NCBI GenBank assembly: GCA_951406725.2
Contig: OX597824.1
Location: 30,070,001 to 30,134,000, forward strand
Length of the DNA stretch: 64,000 nt
DNA from: Octopus vulgaris
Lineage: Eukaryota
Direction of reading: 5' to 3'
Below the pieces are notes generated by a model. It searched no databases. It saw only the letters and a program-made list of their open reading frames with translations, and had not been told where the DNA came from. Shown piece by piece: positions 19,949 to 34,469 of the stretch. The first letter of the stretch is position 1, and every line of letters begins with the position of its first letter. The translations under genes and the position numbers were made by a program.

Positions 19949-21147
19949 CAGTTCCTTCATAGATGCTTGAGAATATATAGATACATATATTTATGACGAT
20001 TTATATATATATATTTATATAAATAAGGATAAGAACTTTTTAATGTGGTTTTAGAGTCAAGTTTTGGCTGCTATTTCCAGCATGGTGGTATCTCTTAGAT
20101 ACCCTAAATTATAATTTTAATATATATATATATATATAGATATATATGTAGTTCCCACATAGGCAGTGCCTGTCTGTTCTAAATATCACACGTCCTAACA
20201 AGAAATGAGAGTTGTATGAATATTGTTGATGAGGAGCAATGAATGCTCTAAGCTTGAGTTTGTTATTTCCCTTCATATTATTGTTCACTATTTACTTTTT
20301 TCACTTTCTTCTTTTTTAACTTGACCTGGGTTACTCCATATGATACACGTACATGCATATACACACACAATATTTTTGTACATATATATAAATATATATA
20401 TATGTGTGTGTGTATATGGAGAGAGTCGTAGATACAATCATATCTCCCTTATTTGTATCACTTGTAGCAGTTAATATTTACTTCTTGTTGCCCCTATCTC
20501 TCTCGTATTAGATTAGATTCCCTTATTCCCTCGTTCTCTCTCATTCATATGCACTCACTCTCCACCCATCTTGTTGTACCTTATTACTTGTATGCCGCGA
20601 CTCACAATTCTGGGTCAAACCTAGTTCACCCTCCCCCCAGTAGCTAACACAAATTTCGCTCATACATACAACTAACACGATCTCTTCTCTTCTCTACTGC
20701 TTTAACCGACGCAAAAAGTAGTAGTTTTTATTTTAGAATGGAGATACAGGGAAAAAAAATAATGTCCGGTGATTAGTTTTCAGTTTTTACGTCGGCTAAT
20801 TTATCCGGCTATATGGCTTTATAAATAAATAAATATATGAAACCACATATTACCCGGAATAGTATTAAAGAACTTACATATATATATATAGAGAGGAAAA
20901 TTTCATTAAAAAATATCCATTTTTCTGAAAGTTATGATCATCCAAAGTCGAGGTAGGGGGCAGTTATCTGTAGTTATGTTTGTGTGTATACATATATAAA
21001 TATATGTGTTTCTGTGTGTGTGTATATATATATATATATATAAATGTTTCTGTGTGTATAATATATATATATAGTTTCTTTGTATATATATATATGTAAA
21101 TGTTTCTGTGTGTATGTATGTATATATATATACATACACACACGCAC

Positions 21148-21186
<39 letters not shown>

Positions 21187-22414
21187 TATATACACACATA
21201 TATATATATATATACACACACACACATATATATATATACATACACACACACACACATATATATATATATACACACACACACACATATATATACACACACA
21301 CACACACACATATATATATACACACACACACACATATATATATATATACACACATATATAAATCTGTGTGTGTATGTATATATATGCTTGTGCATATATA
21401 TATATATGTATGTTTGAGTGTATATATAAATGTTTGTGTGTGTCTATATGTATATATACATGTGTTTATATATTCATGTATGTTAATACATGTATGTATA
21501 TGCATGTATATATGTAGGTTTATATATGTATGTATACATATAAATATATATATAGATAGATATAGATATATGTATACACTTGTGTGTATATGTATATGCA
21601 CGTACATGTATGTGTGTTTATGTCTGCATGTGTGTATATGTATGTATGTGTGTATATATATACATACATACACATGTAATATGCACATGTATGAGTGTTA
21701 AGAAGTTTGTTTCCCAACCATTGTAGATTTGGGATCTGTCACTTTGTGGTACCCTTGGTAAGTGTTTTCTAGTATAAGTAAACCCCAAAGTTTTATTTGC
21801 GGATCTGACCTGAAATCTCAAGAAAGTCTACCCTCTATATATGTCTCTAGTCTTGTTGATTGTAAATGTTCACGTCTGATGATCTATGAAAAATGTCAGG
21901 CCATAAATACTAACTTGTTAGAAAACACTGGAGGAAGAGCATTCAATTGCAGAATATCTGCCTCAATATATTCTGCCTGACCCATACAAGCATAGGAAAG
22001 TGTCCATTAAAACAATGATTATATATATATATATATATTCACACGCACACACACACATATATGTGTGTTTGTTCCCCACTATTGCTTCACTACCTCTGTT
22101 GGTTTGTTTATTTCCTCAGAGCTTTGTTGCTTATCAAAAGAGAATGATAAAGTAGCAAGCTTTAAAAAATTCAATACTGGGTTCCATTTGCTCAGCTAAA
22201 CCATTCAGTGGTGCCCCAGCATAGCCACACAATCCAGTGACTGAAACTTGTTAAAGGGAGAAGTGCATTGGTGTATATATATATATATATATATATCATC
22301 ATCATCGTTTAACATTTGCCATCCATGCAGGCATGGGTTGGACGGTTTCACAGGAGCAGGTCAATTAGAAGACTACCACATCTGTGTATACACATATACT
22401 TACAATTATATATG

Positions 22415-22458
<44 letters not shown>

Positions 22459-22589
22459 ATTTTATATTGAATTATAAGTATTTATGTATATACATACATT
22501 CTTTTGATATATAATGTACATACATACACACACACACATATATATATACATACGTATATGTATATACTCACGCATATATACATAGACAT

Positions 22590-22810
22590 AAGTACACCAA
22601 TGCCAGCGCTGCCTGGCTGGTCCCCATACTGCTGGCATGTAAAAAGGACCCACTACACTCTGAGAGTGGCTGGTGTTAGGAAGAGCATCCAGCTGTATCG
22701 ACCTTGCCAGATCAGATTGGAGATTGGTGCAGCCTCCTGGCTTGTCAGTGCTCAGTCAAACCGTCTAACCCATGCAAGCATGGAAAACGGACATTAAGCG
22801 ATGATGATGC
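22590..22810 (+). mobile_element. SINE/LINE-tail family E ending in (GAT)n
   Basis: GGTGTTAGGAAGAGCATCCAGCTG...CCCATGCAAGCATGGAAAACGGACATTAAGCGATGATGATG. Copies at about 2389-2555(-), 22295-22380(-), 32930-33080(+), 34290-34395(+), 41350-41540(-), 42960-43110(+), 45650-45860(-) and 58825-59040(-). Confidence 0.75.
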
Positions 22811-22837
22811 ACACACACACACATATATATATATAGG

Positions 22838-23525
22838 CATGACTAGCTGCATAAGAAGCTTGCTTCCCAACCACATGGTTCCGGGTTCAGTGTCTTCTAC
22901 TACAGCCTCGGGCCGACCAAAGCTTTGTGAGTGGATCTGGTAGATGCAAACTGAAACAAGCCTGTAGTGTGTGTGTGTGTATATATATGTATATATATAT
23001 ATATATACATACACACATATACATAGATCATAGATATGTATATATATACATACATACATATATATACAGATATATTCATAGAAGATATATATGTACATAT
23101 ATATAAATATATATATACATACATACACACATATATATATGTACATACACATATATATGTACATATGTATATATACACACACACATATATATATATATAC
23201 ATGTGTATACATACATGTACATATACATACATATATAAACATATACATATATATCTATGTATATATACACATTTATATACATACATATATATATATGTGT
23301 GTATATATACATATATACATACATGTGTGTGTATATATATATATATATACGCATACATACATACAACGGGCTTCTTTCACTTTCCATCTACCAAATCCAT
23401 TCACAAGGCTTTGGTTTGCCTGAGACTATAGAAGATGACGCCCAAGGTGTCGTGCAGCCGGGCTGAAACCAGGGCCATGTGGTTGGGAACCAAGCTTCTT
23501 ACCACACAATCACATCTGCACCTAT
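22838..23525. mobile_element. Two oppositely oriented SINE family A heads flanking one microsatellite block
   Basis: + head at about 22838-22966 and - head at about 23365-23525, separated by (TA/CA)n. Confidence 0.75.
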
Positions 23526-26500
23526 ACATAATAGATATATACATATATATACATGCATGCATATATATATGTCTATATGCATATGCATGCACACACATGC
23601 ATGTTTTGAAATTTATTCCCATCCTATCACTTCCTCTTGAAGTGAAGTTGCTGATAATGAATTAATCCTGAATAGAAAAGTGAAGCTATACAATATTCAT
23701 TCCCTTTTTGAACAAAACTAAAACATGAATGTTTACCCTCCCACCACTTTTAAATACATGATAGTCCACACACATAATGATCTTGCTAATTATTGTTTGT
23801 ACTTTCCACATCTACCAATCCCCTCCACTATACACATGCACACATTCATATATATATATGCACATACGCACAATATATATATTCTGTATTCTTGCAAGCT
23901 GAGCAGAATAGATTTTTCAAATTGATTTATTTTCATCTCCACTGAAAGTTTCAGTGTTATTGCATCAAAATGATTTGGGCCAGTTCTTTTGCTTATATAT
24001 CTCTTTTCATTAACCTTTCTGTTATTACCATCATCATCATCATTATTATTATCATTATTTATTTACATCTTACTGCTTTTCTTGGATTTCTTGCTCATGT
24101 TCTTAGCTCTTATATTAGTCATGATTGTCCAGATTTGGGATGAAATGCTTTCCAGCTCTGGCCATCCCTTCTTTTGTGTACTGTATTGTCTTAACATGTC
24201 CTTCTTTGATAGCAGGGTGTTATTTGAGGGAAATGTTGATATTTCTAACACAAATTGAAACTACGCTGAGAATTCCATTTCTCGTTATCCAGTTTTAATG
24301 CTGTGGAGGCAAGCATTTTCTTTAACAGATCATCATCGTTTAACATCCATTTTCCAAAATATTTGTGAGTGTGTGTAGTTAGTATACATACATATATCTT
24401 GTTTATCACTCCCAGAAGGTTGAAAGGGGAAAAATCAGCTTCAGAGCAATTTGAAATCAAAACTTCCAGAAATGAAACTTGCTAAGTATTCTATGTCATT
24501 CATAATTTTGAAGATGAAGAGGGTGATGTAACATAAAACCACTTATGCTACTTATTTTATTGACCATGAAATTGGGTTAAAAGGCTAAGTTGACTAAAAT
24601 AATAATAATAATAATAATATTTATTATTATAATTTTTTATATTATATGACTAAGGCCTGAAATTTTATGGGGTGGGCTAGTCCTATTATATTAATCTCAG
24701 TTTTCAACTGGTACTTTTTTTATCAACCCAGAAAGGATAAAAGGTAAATTTGACTATGGCACTTTTGAACTCGGAATGTAAAGCTGAAAGAAATGCCGCT
24801 AAGCGTTTTGTCTGGTATGGCAATGATTCTACCAGCTCACCAGTTCTGTTTTAAATATAGATTCAAAGCCTAGAATTTCTGGGAAGTGGGTGGGGAGTTT
24901 TTGACAGGTACTTTATATTACCAATCCTGAAAGAATGGAAGCTAATGTTGACCTTGGCTGGGTTTGAACTCAGAACATAAGGAGTAGGCAGGAATGTTTA
25001 GTTGCAGTTCTTCTGACGATCTAACAGATCTGTCAGCTCACCACCTTACATCATAATTCTTTCTACTGTAGGCACAAGGCTTGAAATTTTGGTCAGTTAA
25101 ACCAACTCTACTATTTGAATGTTACATTATTTTAGCAATCCTAGAGGGACTGGAAATGGAGCTGACTTCACTGTGATCTGAACTCAGAATGTACAATGAG
25201 GCAACTAAGTATCATAAATTTCAATTGACACTATACCAGTTCCACTAACCCACAGTTTATATAATGGTTTCTTACATAGACACAAGGCTTTGAATTTTGA
25301 CATGGTGAGCAGTTGGTTAGTGGCAGTGCATGGGTTAGCGATTAAGGTGTTGGAATTATGATCATAAGATTGTGGTTTTGGTTCCTGGACTGGGTGATGT
25401 GTTGTATTCTTGAGCAAAATACGTTATTTCACTCCACTCCATTCAGCTGGCAAAAAATTAGCAATCCTGTAATGAACCCACGTCCCGTCCAGTGGGGAAA
25501 ATCTATGCACCATGGAAACGAGGAAAATGGCCCTATGAGTCAAGAAGGAAGTAGTTGGTTATAGCAATACCAGTGGTTTTAGCAACTCTGTATGGATAAA
25601 AGGCAAAAATCACTGCAGCAAGATTTGAACTCAGAATGTACAGAATTGTAAATGAATACTACCAAGCATTTTGTTTGATACTCAGAGCAACATATTTTGG
25701 CTGATGGATGTAATCAATTGAATGGATACCAGTATATTATTGGTACTTTAATAAAGGAAATGTAAAGAGAACCACTGTGGGAATATACTACATGCAGCAC
25801 ATCTGAGCCACTATGAGAGAAACTCTGACTGCTCAGCCTACAAAAAATAGCAACTAAATTTCCCTCGAACCACCAAACACTGCTGTTTTATCATACAATG
25901 ACTCCTTGGAAAATGTTGGAAAGGGTATTATACCTTTCCAGAAAAATGGGTAAGGCTATACCTGAAATGGGCTTTGATCATAAAGTTTGCTCTATCAGAT
26001 TCATCATCTTTGTCATCAACCCTTGGATATTAGTCAGTCCTTGGACTTAGTGTTAGTTACTGAGTTTCCACGGTGTGTAAATGACTGGGATCACAACATT
26101 CCCCTTGAACAAGATGCCAGAGCATTGCAGGTTTACTCATTTACAGCAGAGTGAACTGGAATAATACCAAATGAAGTGTTTTACACATGAACACAACACA
26201 CTGCCCAGTCCAGAAATCGAAACCTTGATCTTGAGATTGTGAGTGCAGCACCCTGACTACTAGGCAATGCAACTTCAGGGTGACTTAGATTAAACTATAA
26301 TAACTGCCGGGTAATTCAGTATTTAAATGGTCTTTCTATTCATGATGGTAATATTGATTTTGGAATATAGCTACGAAGTCGCAATTTTTATGGTGGGGGG
26401 TACAATGCAATTAAAATGTCCTTAGTAATTAACTCAAATAATTGAGTCTTTGTTGGTCACTCGACTTGCTCAAAATAGCAGCCAAGTCTATCTCATCCCA

Positions 26501-26912
26501 ATTTGCTATCAGAAAAAGAAATAAGGACACATTAGATAATGTAGTTGTAGATATTACTGCCTGCAGGGGGAAAAAAGATAAAGATAGGATAGTCGGAGTA
26601 GAAATGTATTTCATCATATGTCTATTTGGATCACGCCTTACCTGGGGCTAAATAGCAGCAACCAACCTTATTTTATCAACTCCAGAAAAACGAAAAGCTA
26701 TCACAGCAGGATTTAGACTCGGCACATAAAGGGACATAACTAAATACCACAAGGCATTTTATCCGACTTCTGGCACTATTCCCTCGACCCAGATTGCTTT
26801 AGGCCGTACTGTATAACTATAACATCCTGCAGGGAAAGAAAGCATAGTAGAGGCAAGCCCTGTTTCAGTTTGTGTGCGTGTGTATGTATATATTTATATA
26901 TAAATATATACA

Positions 26913-26951
<39 letters not shown>

Positions 26952-27882
26952 CAGGTGTAATGGTGGAGCATTAACCTATTGGTAGTATAATACTCTTCAC
27001 TATTTCACTCAACATGTAAACCAGTTTGTTGATAATAAAAATGCAGCTGACTGTGGCATTAATTAAATCGGTAGTGTTTAGAATTGTTGATGGCAAGTCA
27101 ATAATTGGAGCAAGGGGATGGAACAGTGAAAGATGCTTGTACAGCAGTGATTCTGCTTATGATGCTTCATCTCTTGTAGCCGTTTTTATTTATTTATTTT
27201 TAACTTTATTTATTCTGGTGTGTTTTTCTTTTCTTTTTTCTTTTTGGTCTGTTTTATTCATTATGATGCATTTTATTATTTAATTTAATAATATTTATTC
27301 ATTCCTATATTTGATTTCTTTAATCTTACTATTCCCAAGATATCGGCCATTCCTTAAATTATGTCATGAATCATTTAGATAGATTATCGTTTATATATCT
27401 GTATCATGAATTTAATGAAATGATTCTTTTTTTTTTCTTCGAATGGTAAAACTTGAAGCAGATAGAGCTATAAATAATAGCATGTAAATATTGTGTTAAA
27501 AATCCCTTTGGATAGAAAAAAAAATCAAAGGCTGCCTGTGGACTCAAACCCACATCTACTGTAAGCATGACAGACTTTCTACCATTGAACCAAAACAATC
27601 CTTCAAATTTCTATATTAATATTTTACTTAAAATTTGTTCCTCTAGAAGAATATTGATGACCAAATAGAAACATTTTTTTTTATCTTTTACTTGGTGTGT
27701 GCTCATGTTGGGGCTCCACCTTGAAGGGTTTAGTTGATCAAATTATCCATGTATAGTTTGTTTCAATTTTTACATTTGTCAATCATTTATGAGCTTCATC
27801 TATGAATATACACAAGCACACACACTCACACATTATGCTAGTTCCTTGATGTGTGTGCATATGATGATGATGATTTTGTGTA

Positions 27883-27942
<60 letters not shown>

Positions 27943-27962
27943 AAATCCTCACTATATATATA

Positions 27963-28350
27963 GTGAAGGTGCAATCGCCCGGTGGTTAGGTTGGCGGACT
28001 CGCGGTTGTGGGATCGTGGTTTCGATTTCCAGACCAGATGCTGTGAGTATTTATTGAGTAAAAACACTTAAAGCTCCACAAGGCTCCAGCAGCAGGGGTG
28101 GTGGCAAAACCTGCTGTACTCTTCCACCACAACTTTCACTCACTCTTTCTTCCTCTTTCTGTTGTACCTATATTTCAAAGGGCCAGCCTTGTCACTCTCT
28201 CTGTCATGCTGAATCTCCCTAAGAACCACATTAAGGGTACACATGTGTCTGCGGAGTGCTCAGCCACTTGCACGTTAATTTCATGAGTGAGCAGGCTGTT
28301 CTGTTGATTGGATCAACCGGAACCCTCGTCGTAACCGATGGAGTACCATA
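27963..28350 (+). mobile_element. tRNA-derived SINE, family B
   Basis: tRNA-like head with A box (TCGCCCGGTGGTTAGG) and B box (GGTTTCGATTTCC), followed by about 300 bp of non-tRNA body, inserted in (TA)n. Confidence 0.7.
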
Positions 28351-28508
28351 GTATATATGCATAAAATTTTATAATACACACATATTCTTTCACCCATGTG
28401 ATGATAATGACATATCAATACATAAATTCTCTGGGATATATATATACCTGTGTGTGTGTGTATATATATGTATATATATATCTATATATACGTGTGTGTG
28501 TATGTATG

Positions 28509-28540
<32 letters not shown>

Positions 28541-28547
28541 TATAAAC

Positions 28548-28812
28548 ACTAAGTAATTAAGGGTTTAGCAACGAATTGCCTCACCAACACACCGAATTTA
28601 GAAATAGCAGTCAAAGAGATATAGCTATTCCTTCTACTAAAAGGGGGATCTCAGTAAAAACACAGCACTTGAAAGGCAAACACTTGCCTTTCAAGTGCTG
28701 TGTTTTTTGAGATCCCCCTTTAGTAGAAGGAATAGCTATATCTCTTTGACTGCTATTTCTAAATTCGGTGTGTTGGTGAGGCAATTCGTTGCTAAACCCT
28801 TAATTACTTAGT
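28548..28812. repeat. Long near-perfect inverted repeat (132/129-bp arms, 4-nt loop)
   Basis: 28548-28679 is the reverse complement of 28684-28812 apart from a 2-nt and a 1-nt indel. The loop is ACAC and the unit is flanked by (TA)n tracts. Confidence 0.95.
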
Positions 28813-28927
28813 ATTACTTAAATTTTCCTCGAATGGGGCTTTTACATGCCGAAATCTACTTGGTGTAATTGATAATTATCCCTAATTAATTAATTTCACC
28901 CTTTATTATTACTGATATATATATATA

Positions 28928-28974
<47 letters not shown>

Positions 28975-29811
28975 ATACATGTATTGAATGCTTTTTGTTT
29001 TAACTCTATGCAAGCAGATGTACTATCAAAGTCTTTGTGGATATGACTATTCATTTTATTTTTGTATCAAGTACTTTTCCTCTTCTTTGACTAAATTAGT
29101 TGGGTGTCTTGAGAGAGACTTAAGTGAGGTTTCTGTGAGTAGATGTGTATGTATATAAATATATATGTATTCATATGTGTATGTATTTGTGTGTATATTT
29201 ATATTTATGTGTATGTGATAGATAAATAATAGAAAATGGAACAGACAACATTCTTTTAAAATCTCTACAACTATTTTGATACATTTTTACGCCTGTAGAA
29301 CATTGGGGAGATGTGTAACCATCATCCATCCAAGGTGTAAAATGCACGTCCTCAAATGATGGTTTAAATAAATCTTTCATTAGAGCCTATCATCATTTTA
29401 GTCAGTGTGAGAATACATACCCAAAACTATATATTTATGTGTATCCAACCCATGCCAGCTTGGAAAAAGAGGCATTAATTGATGATGTATGTATGTATAT
29501 ATATATGTGCATCTATATGTATCCGAATATATGTATATTTATGTGTATGGATATATGTGTGTATATGTGCAAATGTATGTTTATAGGTATGTAATATATT
29601 TATACATACATAGATGCAATATCGCCAGATATGTCAAAGACAGCTTACCTGCCCACTTGCTTCAGTCTCTTGTGATAAAGGTGAGACTACAGCCCTCAAC
29701 GGGTAAATGCTGGTTGTTTTCAGTGGCCCCTCACCAGACTGATAGTCAGTTTTGTGCATGACCAGATGGTGGAGAACTCTCATCATCCTTACACTGTTTC
29801 TATACACCTTC

Positions 29812-29850
<39 letters not shown>

Positions 29851-29954
29851 TTTATGTATATATATATATGTATACATATGTTATATATACATATATGTAT
29901 ACGTACTTATAAGTAAAGTATATATATATATGTGTGTGTATGTATGTATACATA

Positions 29955-30196
29955 CACAAGAACTCACAACGACCTCCGACACACAAGTGCAAACAAGGGA
30001 GTCAGAGAAAGGCAGAATGCCACTTAAATCTGAACACTACTATAGAAATATTCTTTTAAAAAAACTTTTCTAATTTTTCTAAATTTAATTATTTAATCGT
30101 TACAGTTGAAAAGGTCTCAAAATGACCGAAACCGGTACTGAAATGTTCACTATAAAATTATTTTAGCATTTTCTATTTTTGACTTGTTTTTTCATG
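29955..30196 (+). mobile_element. Penelope-like element (PLE) terminal-repeat fragment
   Basis: A unique island between (TA)n tracts contains a minimal type-I hammerhead followed by a T-rich tail running into (TA)n. This is the usual layout of PLE pseudo-LTR ends. Confidence 0.65.
30101..30143 (+). ncRNA. Minimal type-I hammerhead ribozyme (U3:A8 core variant)
   Basis: CAG - TTGAAAA - GGTC tcaaaat GACC - GAAA - CCGG - TA^ - CTG. Stem I is CAG/CTG, stem II is GGTC/GACC, stem III is the palindrome ACCGGT, and the cleavage triplet is GUA (after 30137). Confidence 0.75.
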
Positions 30197-30227
<31 letters not shown>

Positions 30228-30455
30228 TCACCACCTCATCCCATGTCTTCCTGGATTCCTTAGGGAGTGGCACTTCTTCACTCAGCTCTCATTTATCCGT
30301 AGTATATGACCATTCCAATGCAAACACCTCTCTTGCACATAACATCCAATGCTCATGTCCAATGTTTCTCCCAGGGCACTTACATATACGTATTTATATA
30401 TATACACACACATATATGTGTATATATACATATATATAAGTATATACTTATATAT

Positions 30456-30496
<41 letters not shown>

Positions 30497-30800
30497 ATAT
30501 ACAAATAAAAGTGTATATATGTGTGTGTGTGTATACATATATAGATATATATAAATATACACATAAAGTAAATATATATATATGTATATATACATTTGTA
30601 AGTATATACATATATATATGTTTCCTGAGCGTCCAATAATACTATACTTGTTCCACGTCCTCGCGTTGTTGTTTTCATGTTTGGATTAACTATGTATATG
30701 TATGTATGTATATATATATATGTGTGTGTGTATATATACATGTATATATATATATAAGTATGTGTGTGTGTGTATATATATATCCATGTATATATAAGTA

Positions 30801-30848
<48 letters not shown>

Positions 30849-31469
30849 CATGTATATAAAGTATGTGTGTGTGTATATACATGTATATATAAGTGTATGT
30901 GTGTGTGTATATATATATATATATATACCTTCACTTTGCTGACTTGGGCTGAACAATTTGACTGAGTACTGGTGAACTGGGATACATACGTGTGTGTGTG
31001 TGTGTGTGTGCATGTGCAATTCTTAGTTGAAACTTTGTAATCTTTTGTTTTTCCTTTTATATGTGCTCATGCTATTATGAAAGTACTTGTTTGAATTTAT
31101 GAATATAAAAAAAAAATAGAATATAAAAATCTGTGTTGGAATTTAATACAGTTTATATCTTCTCTACATTATTTTTGTAATTGTGAAATATGTACACACA
31201 TAGCATGTATAACTTTCAATGCCAATTGTTTCTTTGCATATACTGTCCACTTTTTGTTCTCTATATCTTCTGTTCACTGCTTGAAGCTTCCCGACTTCCT
31301 ATACTTGGATCCCTGGAACATATTCACATATGTACATATATATATATTGTATTTGTATATGTAAATATGATTTTGTGTGTATATGTCTATATTTATGTAT
31401 ATTTGTGTGTATATTGTACATATATAGATGGGTATGAGTAGCATACTTAAGCATCTCATACGTACGTTA

Positions 31470-31780
31470 CCTTTTACTTGTTTCAGTCATTTGACTGTGG
31501 CCATGCTGGGGCACCACCTTGGAGAGTTTGTTTCTTTAGTTGAATGAACACCCCCAGTGTTTGTATATTCTAAAACCCGGTACTTATTCTGTTAGTCACC
31601 TTTGCTGAACTACAGAGACATAAGCACACCACCAGATTGTGTTGGGGGGACAAAAACACTCACACACACACACACATACATACAATGGGCCTTCATCTAC
31701 CAAACCCACTCACAAGGTGCCACATAGTGGGACTGAACCATGAACCGTGCAGCTGGGAATCAACCTTCTTACCTCTCAGC
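31470..31780 (-). mobile_element. SINE family A copy (internally deleted)
   Basis: TTTTACTTGTTTCAGTCATTTGACTGTGGCCATGCTGG...GGGACTGAACC. Confidence 0.75.
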
Positions 31781-32199
31781 AATGCCGATGAAGAAATTTT
31801 TCTGTTTCTTTTGCTCCCTTGTTTAATTGACTCGAACATTCATAAACTGTGATTCCTCTACTCCCTCAGTTCTTCATATTTGACTGCAGTTATTCCAGGT
31901 AGTTTGGTTTTACTGTCTGATCACACTCACTTGAAGCAATATTTTCTTATGTGATATACACACCTTTGTCTATTGTTAAATTCAGCCAAATATTTGCTCA
32001 TACATACTATATATATGTGTGTGTATATGTAAATGTATATGTGTGTGTGTGTGTATGTCTATGAGAACATTTTTTTATAAACAAACTTAGAAACACCAAA
32101 TGAGTTCATATTTTACAGAAATTAAAGCATATCTTGAATGCTGAATAGCTGTGAAAAAACAGATTAGAATCGAACACTATACCTCCCACATTCTTGCTG

Positions 32200-32222
<23 letters not shown>

Positions 32223-32252
<30 letters not shown>

Positions 32253-32760
32253 TGTATGTATGTATGTATGTATGTATGTATGTATGTATGTATGTATGTA
32301 TGTATGTATGTATGTATGTATGTATGTATGTATGTATGTATGTATGTATGTATGTATGTATGTATGTATGTATGTATGTATGTATGTATGTATGTATGTA
32401 TGTATGTATGTATGTATGTATGTATGTATGTATGTATGTATGTATGTATGTATGTATGTATGTATGTATGTATGTATGTATGTATGTATGTATGTATGTA
32501 TGTATGTATGTATGTATGTATGTATGTATGTATGTATGTATGTATGTATGTATGTATGTATGTATGTATGTATGTATGTATGTATGTATGTATGTATGTA
32601 TGTATGTATGTATGTATGTATGTATGTATGTATGTATGTATGTATGTATGTATGTATGTATGTATGTATGTATTGATGTATGTATGTATGTATGTATGTA
32701 TTGATATATGTATGTATGTATGTATTGATATATGTATGTATGTATGTATTGATATATGTA
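32223..32760. repeat. (TATG)n microsatellite, about 450 bp uninterrupted plus a degenerate 3' part
   Basis: Perfect TATG array from 32223 to about 32672, then variant units containing TTGA(TA). Confidence 0.97.
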
Positions 32761-34432
32761 TGTGTGTGTGTGCATATACATATATATATATATATTATAC
32801 ATATGTGTGGATATCTACATTATATATGTATACATTGTGCATGTCTGTGTAACCTCATTTAGACGTCACACAATGGTTGCTAATGAGAATCCCCATCATA
32901 CAAGTTATGTTGTTCATTTCTGGTCTTTTGTTTGTGGAAACCCTGTCTGGCCATGAGGAAACATCACCTTGCGTAGAGGGCTGGTAACAGGTAGGGCATC
33001 TGGACAAAGAAAAATTTGCCTCCACAAATTCCATCTGACCCATGCAAGCACAGAAAAGTGGACATTAAATTGATGATGATGGCTCAGTCATTCTATGCAT
33101 GACAATGCTTATATTTCCAGGCTGTTTATTTGTAATTTCCCTCAGTTTCTGCTTTATTTACAGTAGAATTGAACTAGTTGTAAGTAACTTCCTTTTGTCA
33201 GTGCTTAATTTCTATGTAAACTTATTGCATTGGACTGCTAACACTGTAGGTCACATTATTGGCTTATTAAAGCATTTGATATACATGGTAGTTATATTAT
33301 GGTTGTATAACAAAATACAGTGTACCTACCAGCAATTAATCTGTATGCACCAGTTTCTAGGAATGTGTTTAATATGTAAAATTGGTATATCCAATTATGT
33401 TACACCACTAAATTTAGTGGCTATCGAAGCTATGTGTTTGTGGGTGGTTAATGGGTTGGATATGGTACTGAAGAAAGAGCAAGTACTCTTGAAATATGCA
33501 TATACACACACATCACCTATTTTTCTATATTTGATTGCATTGGTTGCATAAGCGTATTTATATACAAAACTTTGTAACTTTCAGTGCTGGCTCTAATTTC
33601 CATAGAAATTCTGTAGAGATAACTTTTAAAAAGTGAAATATTGCGATGAAATGCCACCTCATTGTGTCAAAGGTTGTAAGACATCTTTAGCTGACATGCA
33701 ACTAATATTCTGACCAGAATAAACCTAGCTTCTCTCCTCTCCTTGTATTTTTCCTTCTGTTAAAAAAAAGTTGGATATCAGCCACATTAATAACATCAGT
33801 CTGGGATTCATGTAAAGGTCATGAGCAATGTCCAACCTCTTGGGACTACCTTATTAAAAATTGCATTAAAATGATGTCGTACAGAATCCTAATTGGACTA
33901 TTTTTTTATATTTGTATGAGGAAGGTTGCAATTATGTACTTTTAAGCCAGTTCCAGACAGGTATATCTATGGAAGCCAGGGATATTGTGGTGGAGAAATT
34001 TAGGGTTAGTACCAGACACCAGATTGATACCTTTTTTTAAAATTCTCTTGGGACACTAAAGCTCAAGAGAATGGTGATGATGTTGTATACTCTATTTCAA
34101 ATTAATAAAAGAGACATTTTATTGTGTGTGTCTGTGTCTTTGCAGAGGAATGTATACATTATTCATATCCGTATAAACTAGTGTGTGTGTGTATTATATA
34201 TATGTAGCAGTTACTGTTGATATCATTCATTGACCTTGCACCTTTGAAGACACATGAAATATGAAATCCTATATATATATAGAAAACAAGCAGGGGTTAG
34301 CAACAGGGAAGGCATCCAGCTGTAAAAAAAGCCATACCTCAATTATATGTTCATCTAACCTATGCTAGCATGGAAAAATAGACATAAAAATAACCTAATG
34401 AATATACAAATGTATGTATATACGTGTGTATG

Positions 34433-34469
<37 letters not shown>

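Noticed and set aside
27963-28040. tRNA gene
   Set aside because: A and B boxes are present but there is no complete cloverleaf, and the sequence runs into a SINE body. It is a SINE head.
28600-28660. Hammerhead within the palindrome arm (GAAA-TAGC...GCTA-TT)
   Set aside because: A stem-III-like part is present but there is no CUGANGA core in a compatible position.
33099-33551. 150-aa ORF (and similar ORFs at 43504, 52988 and 56961)
   Set aside because: They have no motifs or convincing splice sites and are consistent with chance ORFs in intronic or TE-derived DNA.
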